Part shown: positions 56,343 to 64,000 of the stretch, piece after piece
Layout of the letters: each line of letters starts with the position of its first letter
Position numbering within the stretch: position 1 is the first letter of the stretch
Source: Minisyncoccia bacterium
Lineage (GTDB): Bacteria; Patescibacteriota; Minisyncoccia; Phycocordibacterales; UBA918
Assembly: GCA_041742075.1 (NCBI GenBank)
Contig: JBGSJJ010000004.1
Span: 35,900-99,899, forward strand
Reading direction: 5' to 3'
DNA: 64,000 nucleotides
Program-made: the position numbers and the translations under genes
Notes under the pieces: generated by a model
What the model was told of the DNA's origin: nothing
Seen by the model: the letters and a program-made list of their open reading frames with translations, nothing else
Database searches by the model: none

Positions 56343-56948
56343 ATGAAACAAGTTTTATTTATTCACGGCGGTTCAGCCTACACAGAATACGATGCCTTTC
56401 TTCAGCACCTAAAGACAAGTGAACTTCGGAATCCAACCAGTGACCGGCCGGTGCGGTGGAGCGACACCCTTCGCTTGGCACTCGGTCATGAGTATGAGGT
56501 GTTTACACCAAGCATGCCAAATAAAGACAATGCCAAGTATGAGGAATGGAAGATTTGGTTTGAGCGACATTTTGAGTTTCTACAAGATACGGCAGTTCTC
56601 ATTGGCTGGTCACAGGGTGGGTGGTTTTTGTCTAAGTACCTGATTGAAAATAGCACACCGTTTACCATCAAGGCGCTATTTCTTGTAGCGGGACCGTTTG
56701 AGTCTGAGGATTTTGGTGGTGAAGATGGTGGTGATTTTGTGTTTGATACTACCAGAGTAGGGGAGTTGTCAGGGAAAGCAAAGCGGATTTTTATTATGCA
56801 TTCACAGGATGACTTTGTGGTGCCGTATGCTCACGCGCTCAAGTATAAAAACGCACTTACAGATGCTGAATTGGTGACCTTTACCGACCGGAACCATTTT
56901 TTACAACCAGAGTTTCCGGAATTGATTAGGATGATTGCATCTCTCTAA
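56343..56948 (+). CDS. alpha/beta-hydrolase (YdeN/RBBP9-like serine hydrolase)
   Basis: 201 aa; nucleophile elbow GWSQGG; Asp/His candidates (HSQDD, NHF). Confidence 0.6.
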   Translation: MKQVLFIHGGSAYTEYDAFLQHLKTSELRNPTSDRPVRWSDTLRLALGHEYEVFTPSMPNKDNAKYEEWKIWFERHFEFLQDTAVLIGWSQGGWFLSKYLIENSTPFTIKALFLVAGPFESEDFGGEDGGDFVFDTTRVGELSGKAKRIFIMHSQDDFVVPYAHALKYKNALTDAELVTFTDRNHFLQPEFPELIRMIASL

Positions 56949-56986
56949 AAAAGAAGCACCCCACCAGCAAGCTGGCGGGGTGGAGG

Positions 56987-57664
56987 TCAGTTGATGGCTT
57001 TGGCCATAACCATGAGCTCATCAGTTGTCGCTTCGTTCTTGAACAAACCAAGTGCTTTCTGCTCGGCAATGAGCCGGCCGGCGAGCTTTACAAGCCCAGA
57101 AGGGATAAATGGGTCAAGTCTTCGAGGGGAGCGCACGTTTAGTGTGTGCAGGGTGAGGATGTTCTGATAGTAGCCGACTGCTGCCTCCTCACCCTCCGAA
57201 CCGATGAAGCCGACGTGGTACGCCATCCCGACTAAGGAGCGCAGGTAGCGAGGGGTTACCATCCCCTGAAAATCACGCCCGGAAGCGACCCGGTACAGTT
57301 CGCAGTGGACAATCTCATGAAGAGTTCGTTTTGTCTCCCACAACTTTGCATGCCGCCAAACCCGCTCCTCGTGCTTCAGGTGAAACTCGCTTTCGATACT
57401 TTCGCCCAAGTAAATAGGGTTCCCGGAGGAATAGTCGTGGTAGATGTCCATAAAGCATTTATTAACACTGTCCCTTTGTGCGGCTGAAAAGAATCGGTCG
57501 ACGATGAACGCGCACAATGGCGTAGACATCACGACTGCGCAAGCCATGACATCACCGAGCGTTTCATCAATCTCATCATTGTCTTTGGTTTGAGTCATAG
57601 GAGCAGGTCTCCAGTTGGGTGTACAAGCTGTCCGTACAGTAAAGTACTTTTTGGCACTTGTCAA
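56987..57664 (-). CDS. hypothetical protein
   Basis: 225 aa, no recognised motif; divergent from the ECF sigma gene. Confidence 0.45.
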   Translation of the reverse strand: MTSAKKYFTVRTACTPNWRPAPMTQTKDNDEIDETLGDVMACAVVMSTPLCAFIVDRFFSAAQRDSVNKCFMDIYHDYSSGNPIYLGESIESEFHLKHEERVWRHAKLWETKRTLHEIVHCELYRVASGRDFQGMVTPRYLRSLVGMAYHVGFIGSEGEEAAVGYYQNILTLHTLNVRSPRRLDPFIPSGLVKLAGRLIAEQKALGLFKNEATTDELMVMAKAIN

Positions 57665-57757
57665 TATTTTACAGTAGTTTTAGTTCCACTCTCTATCCCT
57701 GTGGATAACTTGAAAGAAAATGCTATTTAGAGCGTCTACATATATAATGGTTCTTAC

Positions 57758-58348
57758 ATGGCTGTTGCAAGCAAACCAAACAACATACCAAAGGACCACG
57801 AAGAGCGTTTTTTGAAGGCTTTCGATGAGTATAGCGACGCCCTCTTTCGTCACGCGTTTTTGCGCATAAATGACCGAGAGCGGGCAGTTGACGTGGTACA
57901 TGATGCGTTTGCCAAGGTTTGGACCTACGTCCGGGCCGGGCACGAAATCAAGTCCTACCGACCATTTCTCTATAAAGTGCTCAATAACCTCATTATTGAT
58001 GAATACCGCAAGACCAAAGAAGCCTCACTTGATGCGCTTCTTGAGATTGACGGGATTGATGAAGGGACATTTGCTGAGCTCCAAGAAGATGGCGTTGACT
58101 CAATGATCGCTAATCTTGATGGGCAAAAAGCCTTTGATCTTCTATCAGAGCTACCCGACGTATATCGAGAAGTACTCATCTTACGTTTCGTCGATGAACT
58201 CGGTCCTAAAGAAATGAGCGAACTCATCGAAGAAACAGAAAATGTCATCTCGGTCCGCTTGCACCGTGGGCTTAAGCTCCTCCAGGCGCTGGTTGAAAAA
58301 GCTGAAAGCACCGCTACTGGCAAACGCGCCAAACCAAAAACCACCTAA
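57758..58348 (+). CDS. RNA polymerase sigma-70 factor, ECF subfamily
   Basis: 196 aa; region 2 (FLKAFDEYSDALFRHAF...AVDVVHDAF) and region 4 HTH (VLILRFVDELGPKEMSELIEETENVISVRLHRG). Confidence 0.8.
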   Translation: MAVASKPNNIPKDHEERFLKAFDEYSDALFRHAFLRINDRERAVDVVHDAFAKVWTYVRAGHEIKSYRPFLYKVLNNLIIDEYRKTKEASLDALLEIDGIDEGTFAELQEDGVDSMIANLDGQKAFDLLSELPDVYREVLILRFVDELGPKEMSELIEETENVISVRLHRGLKLLQALVEKAESTATGKRAKPKTT

Positions 58349-58349
58349 C

Positions 58350-59855
58350 ATGAAGCAATTCAACCAACAACTCCAAAAGAAAGCTGACGCAGTAAAAATG
58401 CGAGTAGCAGAAAAGCGCGAACTGCGTGAGCGGGTTATTTCCTATATGGAGTATCATCCGCTTCCAGCCGAACTAAAAGTAGCGACAAAAAGTCGCACCG
58501 CTCTCGCGAAAGAAATCATGTCTGACCCATTTTGGGTGTTTAATATAAATACAAAGTATGTCCAAAGTGGCTTGGTACTTGGAGCCCTCATTCTGTTTGT
58601 AGGCGTACCGACTTTGGCTGAAAAGTCTCTTCCGGGTGATATTCTCTACAACATGAAAGTGAGTGTGAATGAAGAAATTCGTTCCACCCTCGCTTTTTCA
58701 CCATACGCAAAAGTGGAATGGGAAGCAGAGCGACTAGAGCGTCGATTGTCTGAAGCTCGACTCCTCTCTCAAGCCGGCCGACTCACTGAAGCAGTCGAGC
58801 AAGAAGTGGCAGATGCGGTTAAGAAGCACTCAGACTCAGCGCATGAAACTATTCTTGCTATGCACGAGACGGACAGTGAAAATGCCATTTTGGCTGAAAT
58901 AGCTTTTGCGTCGGTACTCGAAGCACAGGCTGACATTTTGAACCTACAAGGACCAGTCACATTGGCGGTATCAGACGCAACCGATGAACCAACAGTTGCA
59001 ACCACAATTGCTCTTGCGGTAGCAGATGCTCGTACACAGACCGAAAACTTTGACCCGTCAGCGGTGACGCCAGAAAAACTCTTTGCGCTCATTGAGCGAG
59101 ACACCACGTACGCCGAAGAATTATTTGGATCAATTAGCTCTGATACCTCAAAAGAGGAAGCCGATAGTATTGACAGACGGCTCGGTGACATTGGCCGTAA
59201 AGTAGTGTTGGCCCAAGAAAAAATGGCGATGTTGGTTGAAATGGGGATTACCGTCGAAACAGTTGAAGCCGCCAGTGACATACAACCGTCAACTGAAGTA
59301 CCAACTTCTACTGCCGAGCTTAGTGTGGCGCTTACCACCTCGTCAACCAACGTCCGAGAAGAAGAAACAAAACAACTGATCGCGTTACTTAGAACAGCTC
59401 TCACTGATACACGTAAGCTGATTAGTTTCATGACTGACATTGAAGTCAGAAACTCAGTTACTGTCGAGAACCTCGTCCCGATAACCCTAACCGATGAAGA
59501 ACGAACTCAGCTGGTTGAAAAACAATTACGCGAGATCGAGGTTCTTCGCGCTGAGATTGACACCCTAGTCATTGAGCCAATGCTTGAAGAAAAAATAGTT
59601 CCTGCGGTAGCGGAAGCAGTCGCGAAGGCAGAGCAAGCAACCGCAGCCCTGAAAAGCGGATTGCTGGCTGACGCAGAAGTGTTTGCTCGTGAATCCTTGG
59701 CACTTATAACTGATTCACGTGCCCTTCTCGTAGGCAGTGCCGTGCTCCCGGAAATTATTTCAGGTGACATTAGCACCAGTACTGCAACCAGTACCGAAGG
59801 GTCTCCGCTTGAAACTACGACCGAAGAAGCGACCAGTACGGAGCCAGAAGTGTAA
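58350..59855 (+). CDS. putative membrane-spanning anti-sigma factor (cytoplasmic N-terminus, one TM, large extracytoplasmic domain, Thr/Ser/Glu-rich C-terminal tail)
   Basis: Starts 1 nt after the sigma-gene stop (the ATG at 58350 is preferred over the ORF-track 58242 start, which overlaps the sigma gene); TM LVLGALILFVGVPTLA; position is diagnostic for ECF anti-sigma partners. Confidence 0.5.
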   Translation: MKQFNQQLQKKADAVKMRVAEKRELRERVISYMEYHPLPAELKVATKSRTALAKEIMSDPFWVFNINTKYVQSGLVLGALILFVGVPTLAEKSLPGDILYNMKVSVNEEIRSTLAFSPYAKVEWEAERLERRLSEARLLSQAGRLTEAVEQEVADAVKKHSDSAHETILAMHETDSENAILAEIAFASVLEAQADILNLQGPVTLAVSDATDEPTVATTIALAVADARTQTENFDPSAVTPEKLFALIERDTTYAEELFGSISSDTSKEEADSIDRRLGDIGRKVVLAQEKMAMLVEMGITVETVEAASDIQPSTEVPTSTAELSVALTTSSTNVREEETKQLIALLRTALTDTRKLISFMTDIEVRNSVTVENLVPITLTDEERTQLVEKQLREIEVLRAEIDTLVIEPMLEEKIVPAVAEAVAKAEQATAALKSGLLADAEVFARESLALITDSRALLVGSAVLPEIISGDISTSTATSTEGSPLETTTEEATSTEPEV

Positions 59856-59871
59856 GGGCTCGTCGTATAAC

Positions 59872-59912
59872 TAATAAAATACAGGCGAGCTGTGCTCGCC
59901 TGTATTTTATTA
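59872..59912. terminator. hairpin terminator (perfect palindrome)
   Basis: AATAAAATACAGGCGAGC-TGT-GCTCGCCTGTATTTTATT. Confidence 0.6.
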
Positions 59913-59946
59913 GGGATAGATTTGTACTATAATGCGCTTTTAGGGT

Positions 59947-60726
59947 ATGAATACAAAAATCTTAGCTATTCAATTTAGAAAAAGTCCCACCTCGGCACTA
60001 CTTGAACAGCAGAGTGTGGTACGAGAAATTGGAGCCTCAGCGGTGGTGGATTTTGTGTCGGCGCTTGAAGATAGCCTCGCCTGGGATTACCCAGAATCGT
60101 TTATGGAAGCGTACCAAGGAGTGATTTTGGGAGGCTCAGGCGATTTTGATTTTGATGGCGGGAGGGATGAATTTGATGAGGCAAAGCAGATATCCTTTGT
60201 GTTTCTTGAGAAGTTGCGTCCGCTTTGCGCGTATATATTTAGGCACGACATCCCAACGCTGGGTATATGTTATGGACACCAGATAGTAGGAGCCTTTGCC
60301 GGTGCGCAGGTTATAAACGACCATGAACAAAAAAAGAGTCGTTCACACGAAGTAACGCTTGTGGTCGATAAAAACGAACACCGTATTTTTGCCGATGTAC
60401 CCGATTCTTTCTTTGCTCACTACGGACATAAAGATTCACTGGATAGGGTGCCGGAAGGTGCCATACTTTTGATAGAAGGCGGTCGGGAATGTAAGGTGTC
60501 AGCCCTTCGCTACAAAAATAACATCTTCACTACCCAGTTCCACCCCGAACTCACCTTTGAAGATATGATTCTGCGCATTGAAGCTTCGCCCGGATATCTC
60601 CCAGAAGGGGTAGTGGCTGAAGAAGTGTTTCGGAAAGACCCGCATTCAAATAAGATTATTCAGAACTTTGGTACGTTTGTGGTGGAAGAAGCCAAGCGCT
60701 CGACAGAGAAAGATTTTTCCGTATAA
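59947..60726 (+). CDS. class I glutamine amidotransferase-like protein
   Basis: 259 aa; catalytic Cys elbow LGICYGHQ and His/Glu near FHPE. Confidence 0.65.
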   Translation: MNTKILAIQFRKSPTSALLEQQSVVREIGASAVVDFVSALEDSLAWDYPESFMEAYQGVILGGSGDFDFDGGRDEFDEAKQISFVFLEKLRPLCAYIFRHDIPTLGICYGHQIVGAFAGAQVINDHEQKKSRSHEVTLVVDKNEHRIFADVPDSFFAHYGHKDSLDRVPEGAILLIEGGRECKVSALRYKNNIFTTQFHPELTFEDMILRIEASPGYLPEGVVAEEVFRKDPHSNKIIQNFGTFVVEEAKRSTEKDFSV

Positions 60727-60811
60727 TGGCTACCATGCATACAAACACACGTTTCTACTGGTTTAGTTCGCGGAAACTCGGACAAGCTTTTGGTGTGTAG
60801 TTCTCTACTTC

Positions 60812-60856
60812 AAACCAGCCCCGAGTTTCCAGACTGGAAACTCGGGGCTGGTTTCG
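60812..60856 (+). terminator. long perfect hairpin (21-bp arms), terminator candidate
   Basis: AAACCAGCCCCGAGTTTCCAG-A-CTGGAAACTCGGGGCTGGTTT followed by a T-rich stretch. Confidence 0.4.
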
Positions 60857-60969
60857 TTTGTTGGCCGAGGTGAATGCTTAGCTTAGAGAGCAATCACCTC
60901 GGCACGCAATCCTGCGTGTTGAAACCAGCTACCGCTTAGGCGGATGAGCACAGTATAAGGACAGAAAGA

Positions 60970-61143
60970 ATGGGTACTGATACCAAAGACAATGCTTCTT
61001 TGCAGAAACAGCAGGGAGAAGTTGAGAAGAACAGCGGTGAGAACCGAACCGTTCCTTCGAAAATTGACCCGCACGCCCAGTTCGATGATGGAATGGGCGA
61101 CGAGCCGGTCGACAAGAAGAAATTTCGTCGAAGTGGCTGGTAG
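60970..61143 (+). CDS. possible small protein (57 aa)
   Basis: ORF below the track cut-off with AAGGA upstream and a hairpin terminator downstream; overlaps a likely spurious minus-strand ORF; low confidence. Confidence 0.2.
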   Translation: MGTDTKDNASLQKQQGEVEKNSGENRTVPSKIDPHAQFDDGMGDEPVDKKKFRRSGW

Positions 61144-61283
61144 AGCCTCAAGCGGAAGCGACTGACATGCCAAGCAGGAGCCCAGTTCCTCTACCGCCTG
61201 CTAAGCCGGCGCCTACCAAGCCCGGAGAAGCACCAAAACCAACTAAGCCACTCCCACCACCTGGGTGGAGTTAGCTAAAGAGC

Positions 61284-61318
61284 AAAGGACGCCACCCTGG
61301 CGTCCTTTCTGATATTTG
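61284..61318. terminator. hairpin terminator (convergent genes)
   Basis: AAAGGACGCC-ACCCT-GGCGTCCTTT followed by a T-rich stretch. Confidence 0.45.
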
Positions 61319-61328
61319 ATTTGAACCG

Positions 61329-62402
61329 CTATTCGAGGTTGAACTTGAGCATTGTTTTTAAAAACGGGACGAGTGTTTGTGAAAAAATGTCGGCACGGAG
61401 CGGAAGGTCACCACTCACATTTTGAGCAAAGGAAAATCCTGTCTCTTCGGTGATGGTGCGGTCAATATATGAAAGCGAAACGGCTCGCAAACTACCAACC
61501 CCAAAACGAGTATCATCGCCACGGGTTGAAATTATACCAATCGCATTCCCGTTAGCATCGGCCACGGGTCCACCGGATGATCCTTGTTCACCAATACTAG
61601 TTCCAGCGATTGAAAATAAATCGACATTGTTCGAGCCAAACGTCATGAGCTCGGTAATCCTGGTACCCACCTCAATGCCCCTAAGTGGCGCGTTCGCCCC
61701 TTCCCGAGCTAAGACTTGTGCCGGGTACCCAGCAGCACGTACAGGCCCTTCTAGCGTCGTACGGGTTAGCAGGTTGGTGTCAACCGCGATGGCGGGGAAG
61801 AGAGCTGGCATCGGTGCGTCGTCGACACTACCGGTGACGTACAAAAGTGCATAGTCACGTTCACCCGTTCCTTGTGGTGAAGTTTCGCCGAGAAGCTTAG
61901 CATTTTCTTGCACCCAAGCAGGGGAAATGTAGAGCAGATCGGTTGTATAGGTTGGTACGGCAGGTGTGCCGGTGCGAATGATACATTCGCCACTTCCACC
62001 CATTATATCTTCAAGGAGTAAAAATTGTGCTACGTGCGCGTTCGTGAGAATAACGCCGTTTTCACTGACAAAAAATCCTGAGCCAGTCGTTGAACGCGTA
62101 TATTCTGGAGTGGTAAAAGTACAAAAAATATTTACCAAAGCTTCAAGCGGTGAGGCCGATTTCTGAGGTCGTAAAATACCATCAACGACCGACGCGCCTT
62201 GATAGACACTATTTTCAAGCAGGATTCTTGGAATACCACGTCCATCGTCGTGTTTGCTCGGAAGTTCAACCAGTTGGGCTTCTTCCGCTTTGGTTTGATT
62301 ATTTTCTACACTGAGGTAGGGAGCAATTACGCCAGCCAGGCTCGTCGTAAACGCCAGATAGAAAGCGAGGAGGCCAAATATGGTGTCAGTAATATAGTGC
62401 AT
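61329..62402 (-). CDS. trypsin-like S1-family serine protease (HtrA/DegP-like catalytic domain, no obvious PDZ)
   Basis: 357 aa; N-terminal TM; catalytic His in TNAHV, Asp, and Ser in GSSGGPV. Confidence 0.75.
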   Translation of the reverse strand: MHYITDTIFGLLAFYLAFTTSLAGVIAPYLSVENNQTKAEEAQLVELPSKHDDGRGIPRILLENSVYQGASVVDGILRPQKSASPLEALVNIFCTFTTPEYTRSTTGSGFFVSENGVILTNAHVAQFLLLEDIMGGSGECIIRTGTPAVPTYTTDLLYISPAWVQENAKLLGETSPQGTGERDYALLYVTGSVDDAPMPALFPAIAVDTNLLTRTTLEGPVRAAGYPAQVLAREGANAPLRGIEVGTRITELMTFGSNNVDLFSIAGTSIGEQGSSGGPVADANGNAIGIISTRGDDTRFGVGSLRAVSLSYIDRTITEETGFSFAQNVSGDLPLRADIFSQTLVPFLKTMLKFNLE

Positions 62403-62468
62403 CTTGGCTATGAGTATAACAAATAACGCTAGAAATCTAGAGTGATAAGTGCTAGAATGGCGAACATT

Positions 62469-62539
62469 GCGGGCATAGTTTAGTGGTAAAATGTCTGCCT
62501 TCCAAGCAGAATATCAGGGTTCGATTCCCTGTGCCCGCA
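62469..62539 (+). tRNA. tRNA-Gly (anticodon TCC)
   Basis: GCGGGCATAGTTTAGTGGTAAAATGTCTGCCTTCCAAGCAGAATATCAGGGTTCGATTCCCTGTGCCCGCA; perfect acceptor stem; anticodon loop CT-TCC-AA; terminator-like hairpin downstream (62585-62630). Confidence 0.8.
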
Positions 62540-62656
62540 CATACTAGTGAGACCTATCGAGAGGCTTAAACACCTCACAAACATCGGTAAGTCCAGCTAA
62601 CAAAAAGATCACCCAACGGGGCGATCTTTTTGTTATTTAAGCACAATTTGAGTTAT

Positions 62657-63361
62657 TTAATATGGGATTCCAGTAAACAACTTCGCGGCCTTCAGAGTAT
62701 GAAGTGTGTTCATTGGTAAGTCGCCGGATAAATCATTCAACATTAATCTCGCAGCAACCTCTGGCTTCTTATCCCTATCGAGATATCCAATAGCAAAATC
62801 GACAACGTTTTTAAGAAAAGTTTTTGTGACAGTAACCCTATCTGTATATTCATTCACCTCCTTTGGAACAGAATACCCAACCACCCAAGCGTCATCATTG
62901 AAATCAACTCCATATTCGCCCGGGAATATTCCAGCGGTGTGTCCGTCAGCGCCAATGCCCATAGTGGCAATCACTACACCATCTCTATTTTGCTCTTTCC
63001 ACGTATGGAGTGCGAGATCAAATCGGTCACGTAACGCTTCCATAGTTTCACCTTCGAGCACTTTCGTGGAAATATAATTCACTCCTTGTTCAATGCAGGT
63101 TTTGTAGAAGCTTGTTTGCTCTAGTTGAGCGAAGTTATTTACTGCTGGATCAATGGAATAACGTTCATCAAGCACCGTAACAGTGATATGAGAACCAAGA
63201 ACAGTGGTCGGTACGAAGTCTAAAATGGTGAACGCAGATCCACCAGAAAGAATGAGAAGAATTGGCTTGACTTTATTCTCCTCCAATAAAACACCAAGCG
63301 CCTTGCCTGCATCTTCTTTTGGTGATGTAGTCTCGATAACCTCCATACTATTCTTTCGCAA
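62657..63361 (-). CDS. pgl: 6-phosphogluconolactonase
   Basis: 234 aa; LSGGS... and MGIGADGHTAGIFPG signature of the Pgl/NagB superfamily; adjacent to gnd. Confidence 0.7.
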   Translation of the reverse strand: MRKNSMEVIETTSPKEDAGKALGVLLEENKVKPILLILSGGSAFTILDFVPTTVLGSHITVTVLDERYSIDPAVNNFAQLEQTSFYKTCIEQGVNYISTKVLEGETMEALRDRFDLALHTWKEQNRDGVVIATMGIGADGHTAGIFPGEYGVDFNDDAWVVGYSVPKEVNEYTDRVTVTKTFLKNVVDFAIGYLDRDKKPEVAARLMLNDLSGDLPMNTLHTLKAAKLFTGIPY

Positions 63362-64000
63362 TTACTTTGTGTCCACCAAACTGATTACGCATAGCAGCGA
63401 CGAGCTTGCCAAGATATGACTCTTGCTCTCGTGTTTTCTTTCTTTGTGCGAGTGCGGCTTCAAGTACTTTCACATCACCTAGAGTGGTAATATGCTCCAT
63501 TTCAAATTCAGTTTCACCTTGAGGCACTTCTCCCTTGATGGCGTCGATCTGACCTTCTTCATATGCTTCACGGAGCCACGAAACAAGCTTGCTCGTGATA
63601 ATACTTTCGTGCTCGTAAGGTTTGAGTACCGCACGAAGATCAATTCCAAATTCGTCTTCATGCTCATGGAGCACCGTCATCCCTTCAGCAATTGCACCCA
63701 TCATGCCGTACTCAATGCCGTTGTGAATCATCTTTACAAAATGCCCAGCTCCTTCCTTACCTACACGAGCGTAGCCATCTTTTGCGGCCAGCGCTTTGAA
63801 TATGTGTTCGTGATCAGAAAACACATCTACGCCCCCACCGACCATAATTGAAGCTCCATGCCGTGCACCTGTCATGCCACCTGAAGTACCACAGTCGAGA
63901 AAGTTGAGATCCTTGGTCTTCAATTCTGCATGTCGTCTAATCGAATCTTTATAAAAACTATTTCCTCCGTCAATAATAGTATCGCCACTCGCAAGAAGTG
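63348..64000 (-). CDS. gnd: 6-phosphogluconate dehydrogenase (decarboxylating), 3' portion; gene continues beyond window end
   Basis: HFVKMIHNGIEYGMMGAIAEG and ...DGGNSFYKDSIRRHAELK... match Gnd; reading frame is open to position 64000 (ORF-track start at 63923 is a TTG inside the gene). Confidence 0.8.
   Translation of the reverse strand, partial: LLASGDTIIDGGNSFYKDSIRRHAELKTKDLNFLDCGTSGGMTGARHGASIMVGGGVDVFSDHEHIFKALAAKDGYARVGKEGAGHFVKMIHNGIEYGMMGAIAEGMTVLHEHEDEFGIDLRAVLKPYEHESIITSKLVSWLREAYEEGQIDAIKGEVPQGETEFEMEHITTLGDVKVLEAALAQRKKTREQESYLGKLVAAMRNQFGGHKVIAKE

Noticed and set aside
58769-59776. Minus-strand Ser/Ala-rich ORFs (58769-59440, 59507-59776) within the anti-sigma gene
   Set aside because: They are antisense low-complexity mirrors of the Thr/Glu/Ala-rich plus-strand gene.
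60883-61173. 96-aa minus-strand ORF at 60883-61173
   Set aside because: It overlaps two hairpin terminators and a better-supported small plus-strand ORF; it has no motif support.
1-64000. CRISPR arrays and rRNA genes
   Set aside because: No short, regularly spaced direct repeats were seen; the only long direct repeat occurs in just two copies of 116 bp. No 16S/23S/5S-like conserved stretches are present.

Overview
This 64-kb window appears to come from a bacterial chromosome with a small-genome, monoderm-like gene repertoire, possibly a Patescibacteria/CPR-like lineage (inferred only from gene content and architecture). It contains the replication-origin neighbourhood (dnaN <- dnaA <- AT-rich DnaA-box region -> rpmH -> rnpA -> yidC) and many housekeeping genes (ruvC, tyrS, PBP1A, ksgA, pcrA, comM, pnp, rpsO, xerC/D-like, xth, cca, corA, an ECF sigma/anti-sigma pair, pgl, gnd). 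It also holds six tRNAs (Ala-GGC, Arg-TCG, Gly-GCC, Pro-TGG, Gly-TCC, plus one tRNA-like minihelix), and I found no rRNA or CRISPR array. The headline feature is a tightly packed, co-directional 12-gene operon of about 13.5 kb (9972-23458, minus strand) that resembles a Gram-positive-style type IV secretion-like apparatus. It has a VirB4 ATPase interrupted by a single in-frame TAA, a PrgI/VirB3-like protein, a VirB6-like polytopic protein, two proteins with VirB2/TrbC pilin-like topology fused to large Cys-rich ectodomains, and several secreted or membrane-anchored unknowns. No coupling protein, relaxase or VirB11 is visible, and a 34-bp perfect palindrome overlaps the operon's putative promoter. 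Other accessory signals are a copper-homeostasis cassette (csoR-membrane protein-DUF305) bracketed by two 100% identical 116-bp direct repeats next to tRNA-Ala, with nested partial tRNA 3'-end copies. The tRNA-Arg, tRNA-Gly and tRNA-Pro loci each carry partial self-copies and hairpins, suggesting repeated site-specific integration and decay. There are also a membrane-anchored Clp/Hsp100 ATPase with a degenerate first nucleotide-binding domain, an ORF-free structured region of about 900 bp (47.36-48.25 kb), and recurring palindromic motifs. All identifications rest on by-eye motif recognition; no database search was run.
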